64,000 nt of DNA from positions 162,774 to 226,773 of IMG/VR virus record IMGVR_UViG_3300009011_000002, one strand, 5' to 3'. Numbering within the stretch: the first letter of the stretch is position 1; each line of letters starts with the position of its first letter. Below, in pieces: positions 1 to 8,868 of this stretch. The notes under the pieces are model-generated. The model had not been told where the DNA came from, did no database searches, and saw only the letters and a list, made by a program, of their open reading frames with translations. Made by a program: the position numbers and the translations under genes.

Positions 1-392
1 TGGGCCCACAACTCGTTCTTGTTCCTGAGCCAGTTCTTGTTGGTGTCCAACGTCACTGGGTACAAGGTAGGACCGTCCATGATCATGCCGTGGTGACCGG
101 CGTCCATGAACTCTTTCATGATGATCGGATAAGCTTCCATTTCCCGGAAGCAACGTTTCATCCACTTCACCGGATCACGGGTGTTTTCCAGTGTGTCGAA
201 CAGGCTGAGTTGGATGAACTCCGGATGCAGGTGGCGGATCTTGCGGGCCATCTGCAACAGCTTCTTCGGGTTGTCCGTCATGTTGTCACGGAACCAGGTC
301 AGGATGTGGATCTCCTGATCAAACGGTTCCAGGTTCGGGTTGAACTCGTACGGGGTTGGGGCGCCTTTCTTTTTGCTGTGTGCTGCTTGCAT
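1..392 (-). CDS. hypothetical phage protein, runs off the left edge
   Basis: ATG at 392 just after the upstream gene's stop; read manually as MQAAHSKKKGAPTPYEFNPN..., open to position 1. Confidence 0.7.
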   Translation of the reverse strand, partial: MQAAHSKKKGAPTPYEFNPNLEPFDQEIHILTWFRDNMTDNPKKLLQMARKIRHLHPEFIQLSLFDTLENTRDPVKWMKRCFREMEAYPIIMKEFMDAGHHGMIMDGPTLYPVTLDTNKNWLRNKNELWA

Positions 393-396
393 TGCT

Positions 397-765
397 TTAC
401 TGTCCTTGGTAGGGGATAGTGCCGTGAATGAGGAAGTTGAGGATGGCGTCGTTAGCGCCAGTGATGAACGGATACTGCATTTTTACAGCCGCCGCGATTT
501 CGTCGCCAGGCAGGTTGTAAAACACATCGATCCAGCCGTCTTCTTTTGCGGTTACGACCACGGTACGAGAGATAGGGCAAGTCTCACCAGGTTTGCCAGT
601 ACCGGGTTCGGTCTTGTGGTAAGTCAGTGAATGCCCTTCGATGGTCGACACCACCACACCGTTGGTTTCTTTGGCGTACTTGGCTTGTTTGGCCAGATGA
701 CCAAGCTCGATTTCAAAAGCAATCAGGGACTTGAGGATAGTCCCCTGCAGAATGGTAAAGGCCAT
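397..765 (-). CDS. hypothetical protein
   Basis: 122 aa ORF tiling with its neighbours; AGG upstream of ATG. Confidence 0.75.
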   Translation of the reverse strand: MAFTILQGTILKSLIAFEIELGHLAKQAKYAKETNGVVVSTIEGHSLTYHKTEPGTGKPGETCPISRTVVVTAKEDGWIDVFYNLPGDEIAAAVKMQYPFITGANDAILNFLIHGTIPYQGQ

Positions 766-768
766 GAC

Positions 769-1341
769 CTAGTCCTTAGGTTGTGGGTGGAAGATAAGGT
801 CGTCGAGTTCTTCAACCGACAGGGGGCCGGGATCAGAGGAGAAGCCAGCTTCTTTGAGGGCTTCTGCCAGTGGTGGGGCCCCCAGGATACGAGGTCTATG
901 TTTATCAAGGCTCGAAAAGGACAGACTGGTAGGTCTGCTTCGGCCATACGAACCCGTACGGATGAACAGGTGTTCCGCTGGGTTGTAGTACCGATCCGGT
1001 TTGGGGATATACCTGGCTTGGTTTACGGTGAGTTGATCAACGTAGATATCCCTGTTCTGCCGGAAGTCATGCAGGAACAGGTTAACCCGAGTGGCATGTT
1101 GCGCCATCAAGGAGATACCCACGTTGATGATTTGTTCCAGAGACTTGTCCGACTGGGCCACCGCCTCGTTGACCCACAGATGGTTCAACCTACCGTCGTC
1201 GGTGATCAGCGTGATGGACATCTTGGCGTCACGCGAATGACGGTAGGTGTCTTGGACCATCAGGTCTGGAACATTGGCCAGTTTGCATTTGGCCAAGGCG
1301 CTTTCCAGCAATTCGAGTGCTTCTTGTTGCTCATCGTTCAT
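769..1341 (-). CDS. hypothetical protein
   Basis: Start moved to MNDEQQ (1341), which overlaps the stop of the upstream gene. Confidence 0.7.
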   Translation of the reverse strand: MNDEQQEALELLESALAKCKLANVPDLMVQDTYRHSRDAKMSITLITDDGRLNHLWVNEAVAQSDKSLEQIINVGISLMAQHATRVNLFLHDFRQNRDIYVDQLTVNQARYIPKPDRYYNPAEHLFIRTGSYGRSRPTSLSFSSLDKHRPRILGAPPLAEALKEAGFSSDPGPLSVEELDDLIFHPQPKD

Positions 1342-1693
1342 TTTCGCGTTCCTTGTCAAAGTCTTCCCGGGTCTTTTCATCGAGCACAATGAATGCACGA
1401 CCACACTTGCATTCAGATTGGCTCTTGATCTTGAACCCGTACGAAGACAACAAAATAGCCCGGCCGTTAGCCAGCGGTTGGAGACAGAAAGTCTGTCCCT
1501 TAGAGGCAAACTTCAAGCGACGAAGTTCGTTGACGATCGAGACGTTGTAATGCGACTGGCAGTAATCATCGATCAGTTCTTCGAATACGTTGCGTATTTC
1601 CTTTTCATCGAGACCCTCAAAGAGCTTAGTCAAACGCTCCCCAAGTTTCTCCCCGGTCTCTTGGGAGTAGAAATGAGAGTCGTGTTCGGACAT
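1331..1693 (-). CDS. hypothetical protein
   Basis: 120 aa; stop/start coupled (TAATG) to the upstream gene. Confidence 0.75.
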   Translation of the reverse strand: MSEHDSHFYSQETGEKLGERLTKLFEGLDEKEIRNVFEELIDDYCQSHYNVSIVNELRRLKFASKGQTFCLQPLANGRAILLSSYGFKIKSQSECKCGRAFIVLDEKTREDFDKERENER

Positions 1694-2067
1694 TACAACC
1701 CCGTGGCTTTCTTCATGGATTGGCGAACTTCCACCAGGCGCATGATCAGCCCATCGACGTCGTCCTGCTCGAAGATCAGGAAACGAACTTCGTCGCCTTC
1801 ATATGACCCATCACGACCAGTGCCGTCGTATTCAGTCGGCAGAGACAAGTTGGGATCCTTGCGAAGAGATTCCACTTTATCCCACAGATCGTCGCTGCCT
1901 GTGTTTGCAATTAGAGATTCAGGTGCCAGTGAAATAGAAACAAAGTCATTGTCACCACAGGCACCAGTTCCGATGTACAAGGTATCGTCAGTGCGATTTT
2001 CCCAGATCTTGGTGAACAGCACTTCGTGTTCGAGTGCTCTGAATTCAGCGCGGTTTACAATACGCAT
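1693..2067 (-). CDS. conserved hypothetical phage protein
   Basis: GGAG RBS; MRIVNR...RDG...F.I.E..DV..LI.RL pattern resembles a widespread small phage family (recalled). Confidence 0.75.
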   Translation of the reverse strand: MRIVNRAEFRALEHEVLFTKIWENRTDDTLYIGTGACGDNDFVSISLAPESLIANTGSDDLWDKVESLRKDPNLSLPTEYDGTGRDGSYEGDEVRFLIFEQDDVDGLIMRLVEVRQSMKKATGL

Positions 2068-2090
2068 TTACGTTACTCCAAATATAAGTA

Positions 2091-2119
2091 ATTACCAGCC
2101 CAAACTACAGGCTGGTAAT
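2091..2119. terminator. stem-loop overlapping the early promoter core
   Basis: ATTACCAGCC-N9-GGCTGGTAAT inverted repeat. Confidence 0.55.
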
Positions 2120-2127
2120 ATAGAGAC
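2115..2127 (-). promoter_or_regulatory. phiKZ-type early promoter (degenerate)
   Basis: Minus strand GTCTCTATATTAC contains the TATATTAC core. Confidence 0.55.
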
Positions 2128-2142
2128 AAGACTTACTACAAC

Positions 2143-2409
2143 TTAAGGGTAGACCTTAACGCGGAACAGCCCGTTGGTCGAGGGAACAGCTTGTAACTCC
2201 CACGTGAACGCTCCAACCGGTTTATCAGCAAGCTTCTGCGCAATCATGAGGCCGCCTATACGAGCAGCTTCCATGAAGCGGTGATCACCTACCATGGCTG
2301 GTGTTCTCCCATCCGCCGACATCGTGGATGCACGCCAATGGACCCATTCTGGATTCAACAACTCCGGGTGTTGGTCGGCATCAACTTGAAGCTCGGGAAT
2401 GAATTGCAT
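2143..2409 (-). CDS. hypothetical protein
   Basis: 88 aa, AGGAG RBS. Confidence 0.75.
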   Translation of the reverse strand: MQFIPELQVDADQHPELLNPEWVHWRASTMSADGRTPAMVGDHRFMEAARIGGLMIAQKLADKPVGAFTWELQAVPSTNGLFRVKVYP

Positions 2410-2423
2410 GGGATTGCTCCTGG

Positions 2424-3269
2424 TTACAGGCGAGCTTTCTGCTCGATGATTATTTCTGGGTCACGTTGGGAGTTATCAATGGTGATCTCAACGCTAGCTG
2501 GACGACCGGTCGGGAACACCATCTTTACTACACGTGCGATAGCCTCGGTCCCGGCTTTTTCAGGGGTGTTGCTAGGATGTTGCGCCAAGAACCATTCGAT
2601 CCAGTCGAAGGAGATGAAACGGCGAACGTAGGGGTGGTTACCCGTAGGCTGTTTGGTGATAAACAGATCAGGTTCGGGTACGGCCGCTTGCGCTGCTCTG
2701 CCAGCCGCTTCCTTAAGTTCTTCACCGGTGAGCACGTGAACAGACTGACCTTTCTTCAACGCATTGGCCAGCTTGTAGAAATGGCTAGCCGTCGAAGCGA
2801 GCAATGCCAGTTCCTTTTCGTCGATCCGGCTATCAAAGCCGAATGCATTTTCGAAGAAGCCCAAACGGCGCAGGACCACGCGGAGTTCTTCAGACTGCCG
2901 TTCTTCACCCAGCTTCTTGGCCGCATCAACGTTAGAGTCTCGCAGCAAACCAGTGAGCGCCGGAGAAATGTCCTTGAACATACGGACGAGGTCATAACCG
3001 TCGAGGCCGTGGGACTTGAACGCATCGTCGAAAGCGTACAGGCGGTTCTGCAACCAATCGATACGGTCGAGGACGTTGTTGAAGAAGATCTGGGCTTGTT
3101 CTTTCTTGGCACCGGAGCATTGCTCGATGATTTCTTTGGTGCCAGCCTCGAAGTAACCCTTGAAACCGAAATCGTTCTTGTCGGCCAATGGGCGTTGTTC
3201 GTAGTTGCACATGGTAAGGTTGGTAGCTTCTGATAAGCGCATAGTGGATTCCGTTCGAAGTACTGGCAT
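2424..3269 (-). CDS. hypothetical protein
   Basis: 281 aa ORF tiling the operon. Confidence 0.8.
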   Translation of the reverse strand: MPVLRTESTMRLSEATNLTMCNYEQRPLADKNDFGFKGYFEAGTKEIIEQCSGAKKEQAQIFFNNVLDRIDWLQNRLYAFDDAFKSHGLDGYDLVRMFKDISPALTGLLRDSNVDAAKKLGEERQSEELRVVLRRLGFFENAFGFDSRIDEKELALLASTASHFYKLANALKKGQSVHVLTGEELKEAAGRAAQAAVPEPDLFITKQPTGNHPYVRRFISFDWIEWFLAQHPSNTPEKAGTEAIARVVKMVFPTGRPASVEITIDNSQRDPEIIIEQKARL

Positions 3270-3272
3270 GAG

Positions 3273-3845
3273 TTAACGACCTTTAGGTGGGTTACGTGGA
3301 CAAGCTTTGCCGTTGGCATCATAGGGCGCGCTTGGATCAGGCAGTGGCTGGTAACCATTCCCTGGCAAACAACCGTCTGTACGGTCTAGGTGTTTGGTGC
3401 GTAACAGCAGTTGTTTCATTTCCGGCGACGGCACGAGGACAGGAATGTGCACAGACCGAGGGTTTACAATCACGCCATTCTCTAACATGACGTGCGGTTG
3501 GTCTTGTTCTACTTTCACTTCACTACGTTTACGCAACCGCAGGTTCTTGCTACGCAGGTTACGGTTGGTGCGCTTCAACGAACCGATCTCGTTGGACATG
3601 TACACAACGCGCTGTACGAGGCCCGCTACGTCCCATTCGGTTAATGGGGTACCATTCTGCTTGTAGGCGGCAAACGCCACCAGGAAGCGCTCTGCAGCGT
3701 CCAGGTTGGTGTCTTCCGGCAGGTAGAAGTCATCTCGGCGGATGGGTTCTTCCAGTTTGTGCTTGCCAATGAAACCGGACAAATACAGTTTCAACTTCTC
3801 GGTAACTTTGGCGAGGGGGAAACGCTTCTTGCTTTCGATGGCCAT
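3273..3845 (-). CDS. hypothetical protein, first gene after an early promoter
   Basis: 190 aa, AGGA RBS, basic patch KRTNRNLRSKNLRLRKR. Confidence 0.8.
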   Translation of the reverse strand: MAIESKKRFPLAKVTEKLKLYLSGFIGKHKLEEPIRRDDFYLPEDTNLDAAERFLVAFAAYKQNGTPLTEWDVAGLVQRVVYMSNEIGSLKRTNRNLRSKNLRLRKRSEVKVEQDQPHVMLENGVIVNPRSVHIPVLVPSPEMKQLLLRTKHLDRTDGCLPGNGYQPLPDPSAPYDANGKACPRNPPKGR

Positions 3846-3883
3846 AATTCATCTTCCTGATAAGGTTGAGGGGTTACGTAATA

Positions 3884-3896
3884 GTAATATAGGTTT
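3884..3896 (-). promoter_or_regulatory. phiKZ/EL-type early (virion RNAP) promoter
   Basis: Minus strand AAACCTATATTAC in an AT-rich intergenic gap. Confidence 0.8.
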
Positions 3897-3917
3897 AATA
3901 AAAACTAACACGGTATC

Positions 3918-3953
3918 AAAAATAAAGCCTTAGGCGGAGCAATCCGCCTAAGG
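3918..3953 (-). terminator. intrinsic terminator
   Basis: CCTTAGGCGGA-N4-TCCGCCTAAGG followed on the minus strand by CTTTATTTTT. Confidence 0.85.
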
Positions 3954-3961
3954 TATAACAC

Positions 3962-5443
3962 TTACTGGATGAGTTCCAGCTTACGGCTCAGTTCGATCTT
4001 CAGCGGGTTGCCGTTGTTCGGGATCAGGTTGTAGCGTTCCAGCTCTTCCGGCTTCTTCTCGCTGGACATGACGCGGTAAGCACCCTTGGTCCACGCCAGT
4101 GCGAAACTGCACGAGTGGACGTTACGGTACCAGTCGATCCATTCCTGGGACAGGGTGTGGACTGAGGTGGTGAGGTTGGGTTCTTTCGGGCCCTTGTCGA
4201 TGAACTCTTCCAGGCTCTGCGTGAAGGTCTTCAGCGCGGTCATTGGATTGACTGGACGTTGTTTACCCAGCTGGACAATGACCATGTCTTCGGTGATCCG
4301 CTTGGCGTCGAGCCGCTTGGCTACCAGTTCGCCAAACAGCTGGTAGTATTCCGGACCGAAGTTAACCCAGTTACTACCACCGCCACCGAAGGTGTTTTGC
4401 AACGAGAAGTAATTCATTCCCATGGTGAGGTGGAACGAACGGAAGAGTGCGGCCAGGCGTTCGTCGTTGTAAGAACCGACAATCCGACGAAGGAGGTCTT
4501 CTTTCTCAAGAACCGGTTCGTTCTCGGCGCGGTTGTCGAGCACACGCTCGAAGGCTGCCAGGACCAGTTGTCGAGCAATAGGGAGTACTTCGTTCGGGTA
4601 CTCCCAACTGCGCCCTTGTTCGCCGATGATGACGAAGGTTTCATCCGAACGTTCCGCCCAGGTCTGCTGGATCCAGAACAGCATTTGCTTGAAGTTCATG
4701 CCAGCAACAATGCCCTTGAGCTTGGCGGTGACTTCCTTGCGTTTTTCTTCGGTGAGTTCAGTCACTTCTGGTTCCTTTTCGTTAATAGTTTGCTTCTTGG
4801 CCATTTCAAGAATGCGTTGCATGATACCAGCCGCCACAGAGAGACTCGCGGGACCTTCGTAGCGGTACAATGCGCCGGTGACAACATCGAACTCGAAAGT
4901 GAAATCTTGTTTCGACTCGGTGGTCTCTAACCGGTAATTGAAAATGGTGCCTGGAGTGTCTCGGCTTTCGGTCACGTCCAACCGCCACCCAGCCTGGAGA
5001 CCCTGAGAATCACCGTCGAGGTAAGCCCAGTTATGACGAATAAACAGCTTCGCCAGTTCCAAAGAGTGTTCCATTAACCTGCCTTGAGCTGCCGCCGAGT
5101 TGTTCAGCTTGTCAAGGATGTAGTTATAAACCTCCGAGAAGACTTCGTACACATCACCAGGGCTGGTGCCGAAATCCAATGCAGTCAGACGGTCCCCTGC
5201 AAGGTTAGCCGATACTTCAAAGTCGCGGATAGGGACCCCTTCACCACGGCCGGAGCTGTACTTGAACCCGTAACCAGGCGTACCGGCGAAGTATTGCAAC
5301 CGCCATTCACCGATGGTCAGCCCAGGGGAGTAACTGGACCAGTTCATGACCGCGAACACACCGGCCAGTTCTTTAATTTTGTGGGCCAAGTCGGCAGCTT
5401 GTTTCAGTTCCATGTCCTTACTCGTCATCACGAACAACTCCAT
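3962..5443 (-). CDS. hypothetical protein with duplicated internal domains
   Basis: 493 aa; true start may be a few codons downstream. Confidence 0.85.
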   Translation of the reverse strand: MELFVMTSKDMELKQAADLAHKIKELAGVFAVMNWSSYSPGLTIGEWRLQYFAGTPGYGFKYSSGRGEGVPIRDFEVSANLAGDRLTALDFGTSPGDVYEVFSEVYNYILDKLNNSAAAQGRLMEHSLELAKLFIRHNWAYLDGDSQGLQAGWRLDVTESRDTPGTIFNYRLETTESKQDFTFEFDVVTGALYRYEGPASLSVAAGIMQRILEMAKKQTINEKEPEVTELTEEKRKEVTAKLKGIVAGMNFKQMLFWIQQTWAERSDETFVIIGEQGRSWEYPNEVLPIARQLVLAAFERVLDNRAENEPVLEKEDLLRRIVGSYNDERLAALFRSFHLTMGMNYFSLQNTFGGGGSNWVNFGPEYYQLFGELVAKRLDAKRITEDMVIVQLGKQRPVNPMTALKTFTQSLEEFIDKGPKEPNLTTSVHTLSQEWIDWYRNVHSCSFALAWTKGAYRVMSSEKKPEELERYNLIPNNGNPLKIELSRKLELIQ

Positions 5444-5831
5444 ATTGATATTTCGCGTCTACCTTGTAACCAAGAGACACCCTTTCTTGCATGGTGACCT
5501 TAGCACGGAAGCGTGCTTTGTTCGTCCCGGTCTCGCGAACAGTGAAGGTTACTTCCGCCTTACGTTGCCCAACGCACACCGACGACTTGATCAGGGCTTC
5601 TACAAAGTTGTTGAAGTACCCTCCCTGACGCAAGTCTTCAGTCATACGCCCCACGAAGATACCGGTTGCAGCTACAGCGTTGGTATACTCGAAGGGCTTG
5701 CCATTAGGGTCCAGTTCCTTCGGCAACTTGTCCGGTGCTTGGTAGGCGTCTTCGAGGAACAGCTTTTGAGTAAAGCTATCCGCCTCTACCTGCACTTCGA
5801 TGTAGCAGTTATCCAGTTCTGCTTCAGACAT
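5418..5831 (-). CDS. hypothetical protein
   Basis: 137 aa, coupled to the upstream gene. Confidence 0.75.
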   Translation of the reverse strand: MSEAELDNCYIEVQVEADSFTQKLFLEDAYQAPDKLPKELDPNGKPFEYTNAVAATGIFVGRMTEDLRQGGYFNNFVEALIKSSVCVGQRKAEVTFTVRETGTNKARFRAKVTMQERVSLGYKVDAKYQYGVVRDDE

Positions 5832-6067
5832 TACTTACTTCCCCTGATTGGTTTGCAAGAAACTTCGATGTTGCTGCTCGTCCCGTTACGAGCCTTCATG
5901 TACTGCGTCGACGACGAGTAGACGTGGTTACGAAGCCCCACATGCTCTACCACGGCCATCATGGCAGAACGACACTCGTTGGAGTCTACGATCTGGGAAA
6001 TGTTCCCATGGACCGGCTGACCGTTAACACTTGCCATGAAGTAGGTAGCAATTAGCAGGGCTTTCAT
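5831..6067 (-). CDS. small exported protein
   Basis: N-terminal MKALLIATYFMASVNG signal-like peptide, two Cys; GAGG RBS. Confidence 0.65.
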   Translation of the reverse strand: MKALLIATYFMASVNGQPVHGNISQIVDSNECRSAMMAVVEHVGLRNHVYSSSTQYMKARNGTSSNIEVSCKPIRGSK

Positions 6068-6092
6068 AAACGATAGGCCTCTCAGTTAAACG

Positions 6093-6120
6093 AAAAATAA
6101 AAGTGGACCCGAAGGTCCAC
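6093..6120 (-). terminator. intrinsic terminator
   Basis: GTGGACC-TTCG-GGTCCAC (UUCG loop) followed by TTTTATTTTT on the minus strand. Confidence 0.85.
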
Positions 6121-6148
6121 CTTTACCACATTGCCTGTAAGCAGTTGC

Positions 6149-7669
6149 TTACATGGCGCCGATCATGCCCGAGACAACGGAAGGATCCACATCCAGGGCG
6201 GATGGTTCAGCGGCATTACCCAGCAGGTTGTTGCCTGGCAGCAGCGAACGACCCACTGCCGAACCCACAGCACCCAGGGCCAGGCCCGCGGTACCAGCAG
6301 CGACGTAACGACCGAACTGGCTTTCGATGTTGCTGTCGATCAGCTCACCGGCGAAGAAGCTGCCGATGGCGCCCGCGACGGTACCCAGTGCCGAACCCAC
6401 GGTCAGGCCACCGCGTGCTGCCATTTCCATGCCACCGCCCACGACTGCTGCGCCGACGCCGATCCAGGAGGAGCGGACGCCTTCGTCGCGTTCGTTCATC
6501 AGGCTGAAGCGGGACTTGGCTGCGGCGGCGCCCTCGGTCAGGTCTTCGATCTTGAACTGGGTCAGCAGGTAGCCCATGTAGGACTTGGTGAACTCCTGCT
6601 CGCTTTCCAGGAAGTTGTAGATGCGGTGGTCGCTGTCCATGTCAGCAGGTGCCGACGCGGAGAAGGTCGCCCAGCGCGCCATCACTTCTGGTTGGCCTTC
6701 CATGAAGTTCAGGAAGACTTGGGTGCGCAGGCCGCCGTCGATCATGCCCTTGGAGCTCAGGAACATGATGAAGCCGTCGAAGTCTTTGGCAGCGTTGTTG
6801 TTGTTGGCGGTGGTGTGAGCGTTGGCGTTGGTCATGGTGTCTTCCTCGGTATTCGCAGATTGGGTTTGGTTGGTTTGTTGTGCGGTGTTTTGAGCTAGCT
6901 GGTCGCGACGCTCTTGGGAGATGTTACGTTTCGAGATCAGTTCGTGTTGGGCATTCATCACGATCTCGATGATGTCTGCCTCGGCGGTAAAGCCGGTGTA
7001 TTCGATGGTGGTGTCATTGACCCTGTAGCCAGTAAGGTTCACCACCTCGGGGCACAGTTCTTTGATCCGTTCTTGCTGGTGTGCCACGATCTTTTCTTCC
7101 AGCGTCAACCAGCTGAAGTGGTGACCGGTCGGTGGGAAGATAGGTTCCGAGGATCCGTTTTCACGGCTCAGTTCGGTATCCGCATCACGGCGTCCGCCCA
7201 CGACAATGTCGGCATTCACCGGGGTATCGTCTTTGAGGGTCTCGTGGTCCTCGATGACTTTAACCACCACGCCTTTATCGCCAGGAAGATCAGTCATCTT
7301 GAACTTCGGTTCAGGATGTTCTTGGGAGGCAGCCATATCAACAGTCGCTGAGCCGTGAAGCTCAGCGACTGGGATAGGGTTAGCTGGGATCGAGGCGGGT
7401 GCTGCAGCAGCTGGGGCTACCGGCTCTTCGAGCACGATGGTCTTGGCTGCTTTGATCTGGGACATCGAATACTTCGTGCCCAGTTTGTGGTTCACGTTCG
7501 TCAGGACTTCAGTGCGAGACTGTTGCCGTACGAACTTGGGGTCGAGGAGCTTGGCCTTGATGGCGCTCTTCTGCTCTTCGACGGTGCCGCCCTTTTCACG
7601 CATTCCTTTAACAATGCCAACGATCGTCTCGATGGCAAACTCAGGAGTGGGGAATTGATCGTCAGCCAT
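6149..7669 (-). CDS. glycine-zipper membrane protein; probable internal start at 6835
   Basis: AAGGAG RBS; C-terminal GxxxG-rich hydrophobic helices (GVGAAVVGGG, GSALGTVAGAIG, AGTAGLALGAVGSAVG). Confidence 0.8.
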   Translation of the reverse strand: MADDQFPTPEFAIETIVGIVKGMREKGGTVEEQKSAIKAKLLDPKFVRQQSRTEVLTNVNHKLGTKYSMSQIKAAKTIVLEEPVAPAAAAPASIPANPIPVAELHGSATVDMAASQEHPEPKFKMTDLPGDKGVVVKVIEDHETLKDDTPVNADIVVGGRRDADTELSRENGSSEPIFPPTGHHFSWLTLEEKIVAHQQERIKELCPEVVNLTGYRVNDTTIEYTGFTAEADIIEIVMNAQHELISKRNISQERRDQLAQNTAQQTNQTQSANTEEDTMTNANAHTTANNNNAAKDFDGFIMFLSSKGMIDGGLRTQVFLNFMEGQPEVMARWATFSASAPADMDSDHRIYNFLESEQEFTKSYMGYLLTQFKIEDLTEGAAAAKSRFSLMNERDEGVRSSWIGVGAAVVGGGMEMAARGGLTVGSALGTVAGAIGSFFAGELIDSNIESQFGRYVAAGTAGLALGAVGSAVGRSLLPGNNLLGNAAEPSALDVDPSVVSGMIGAM

Positions 7670-7731
7670 GTTTACAAACTCCTTTATCAGTTAGGTGGAT
7701 TATCCAATCGAAGTCGAATAATCTTGTTATC

Positions 7732-7776
7732 TTATCACCCAAGTAATACAGGTTTGAAAACAACTGTAACTTAAAT
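7732..7776 (-). promoter_or_regulatory. early promoter with extended upstream element (copy 1)
   Basis: Minus strand ATTTAAGTTACAG-N8-AAACCTGTATTAC-TTGGGTGATAA; 38/45 identical to 46352-46396. Confidence 0.75.
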
Positions 7777-8115
7777 TTATCCGCACTGGATAACAGGTTT
7801 TGGTGGAGGGTTGGTAGGTGGAGGGAACTTACGGACCAGTTTTAAGTGCGAACATTTGACCAATGCAAGTTCACCGAAGTCAGTCTCACCTGTCGACGTC
7901 ACGTACTCCAGTTCGCATGGAGGTGTAGCATGGGCCACTATCCATGCTGCATCGTCCGCGTTATTGTCGAAGACGTAGAACGACGTCTCATGCTTCGAGT
8001 TACCATCCCGCATGCAGGGAATGAATCGGATCAAGTGAACGTGGGTGCCGATGTTGACCTTCGTGATGTCAGCATCAGTGATGATACAAAGATCACCTTT
8101 CTCGAGCTTGTCCAT
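7777..8115 (-). CDS. hypothetical protein
   Basis: 112 aa; KGDL.II...NIG..V.L pattern common in small phage proteins. Confidence 0.7.
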   Translation of the reverse strand: MDKLEKGDLCIITDADITKVNIGTHVHLIRFIPCMRDGNSKHETSFYVFDNNADDAAWIVAHATPPCELEYVTSTGETDFGELALVKCSHLKLVRKFPPPTNPPPKPVIQCG

Positions 8116-8117
8116 AG

Positions 8118-8558
8118 TTACCCCTTAGGCTTCTTCCAGCCGTAGTCAGCTTTCCAGAACACCAGTTCTTTACCTGGCCAATCAGAGAACACACTGTTCA
8201 ACGCCATGATGTCGTATTCATCGAAATCATAGGCAATCGAAATATGGGGGAGTGGGGTCTCGTAGGCATGCTGGTAACCGGCATCCCGCAAGCGGCGGAA
8301 CTCTTCGTTGAGGTCCGGGCTGGTGAGGTGGAAGACTACACCATCACCGAGGGGTTCCAGCTTGGTGACGAATGCACGGAACTCACGCTCCGGGTGCAGT
8401 TCAGCCAGTGGGCGGTCGATACCACGGTCGTCGAAGATTATGGTGGAGTGCAGGTCATGCTTGGGGATCTGTACCCCACATTCGCCCAGGAGCTTGTAGA
8501 TCTCCATGATGAACTCGGGTTTCAGTTCTGCGGCTACGTAGCTGTAGTCACGTTCCAT
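8118..8558 (-). CDS. acb1: 2H phosphoesterase, Acb1/T4 gp57B-like anti-CBASS nuclease
   Basis: Two HxT/S motifs (LHSTI, PHISIAY), N-terminal YVAA, 146 aa; layout matches T4 gp57B as recalled. Confidence 0.75.
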   Translation of the reverse strand: MERDYSYVAAELKPEFIMEIYKLLGECGVQIPKHDLHSTIIFDDRGIDRPLAELHPEREFRAFVTKLEPLGDGVVFHLTSPDLNEEFRRLRDAGYQHAYETPLPHISIAYDFDEYDIMALNSVFSDWPGKELVFWKADYGWKKPKG

Positions 8559-8815
8559 TATTTCTTTTTCCTTGTAACGAAGATAGCGTGGATATTAGGT
8601 CTACTGCCAATGCGTTGGTTCAAGCGGCGACCCACCAAAGCTTGTTTAGAACTCGGGTGTGGGCAATCGTAAGCGAAGTAGGAAGAACCGTTGGTAAAAT
8701 AAACAAGGTCAGGAAGTTCCGGGTAAGGAGTAAAACTCATCCCCCCAAAAGATAACACGCCCAGGTCTGAGTGATCACAAGTGCCCGTCATCACTATTCT
8801 TGGAAACATAATCAC
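8558..8815 (-). CDS. hypothetical protein
   Basis: 85 aa, coupled to the Acb1-like gene. Confidence 0.6.
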   Translation of the reverse strand: MIMFPRIVMTGTCDHSDLGVLSFGGMSFTPYPELPDLVYFTNGSSYFAYDCPHPSSKQALVGRRLNQRIGSRPNIHAIFVTRKKK

Positions 8816-8823
8816 CCCAAAGC

Positions 8824-8866
8824 AAAAAAGAAAAGGTTAAGTACCGTCCGGGTAACCGGACGGTAT
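8824..8866 (-). terminator. intrinsic terminator
   Basis: TACCGTCCGG-N4-CCGGACGGTA followed by a T-rich tail on the minus strand. Confidence 0.75.
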
Positions 8867-8868
8867 TG

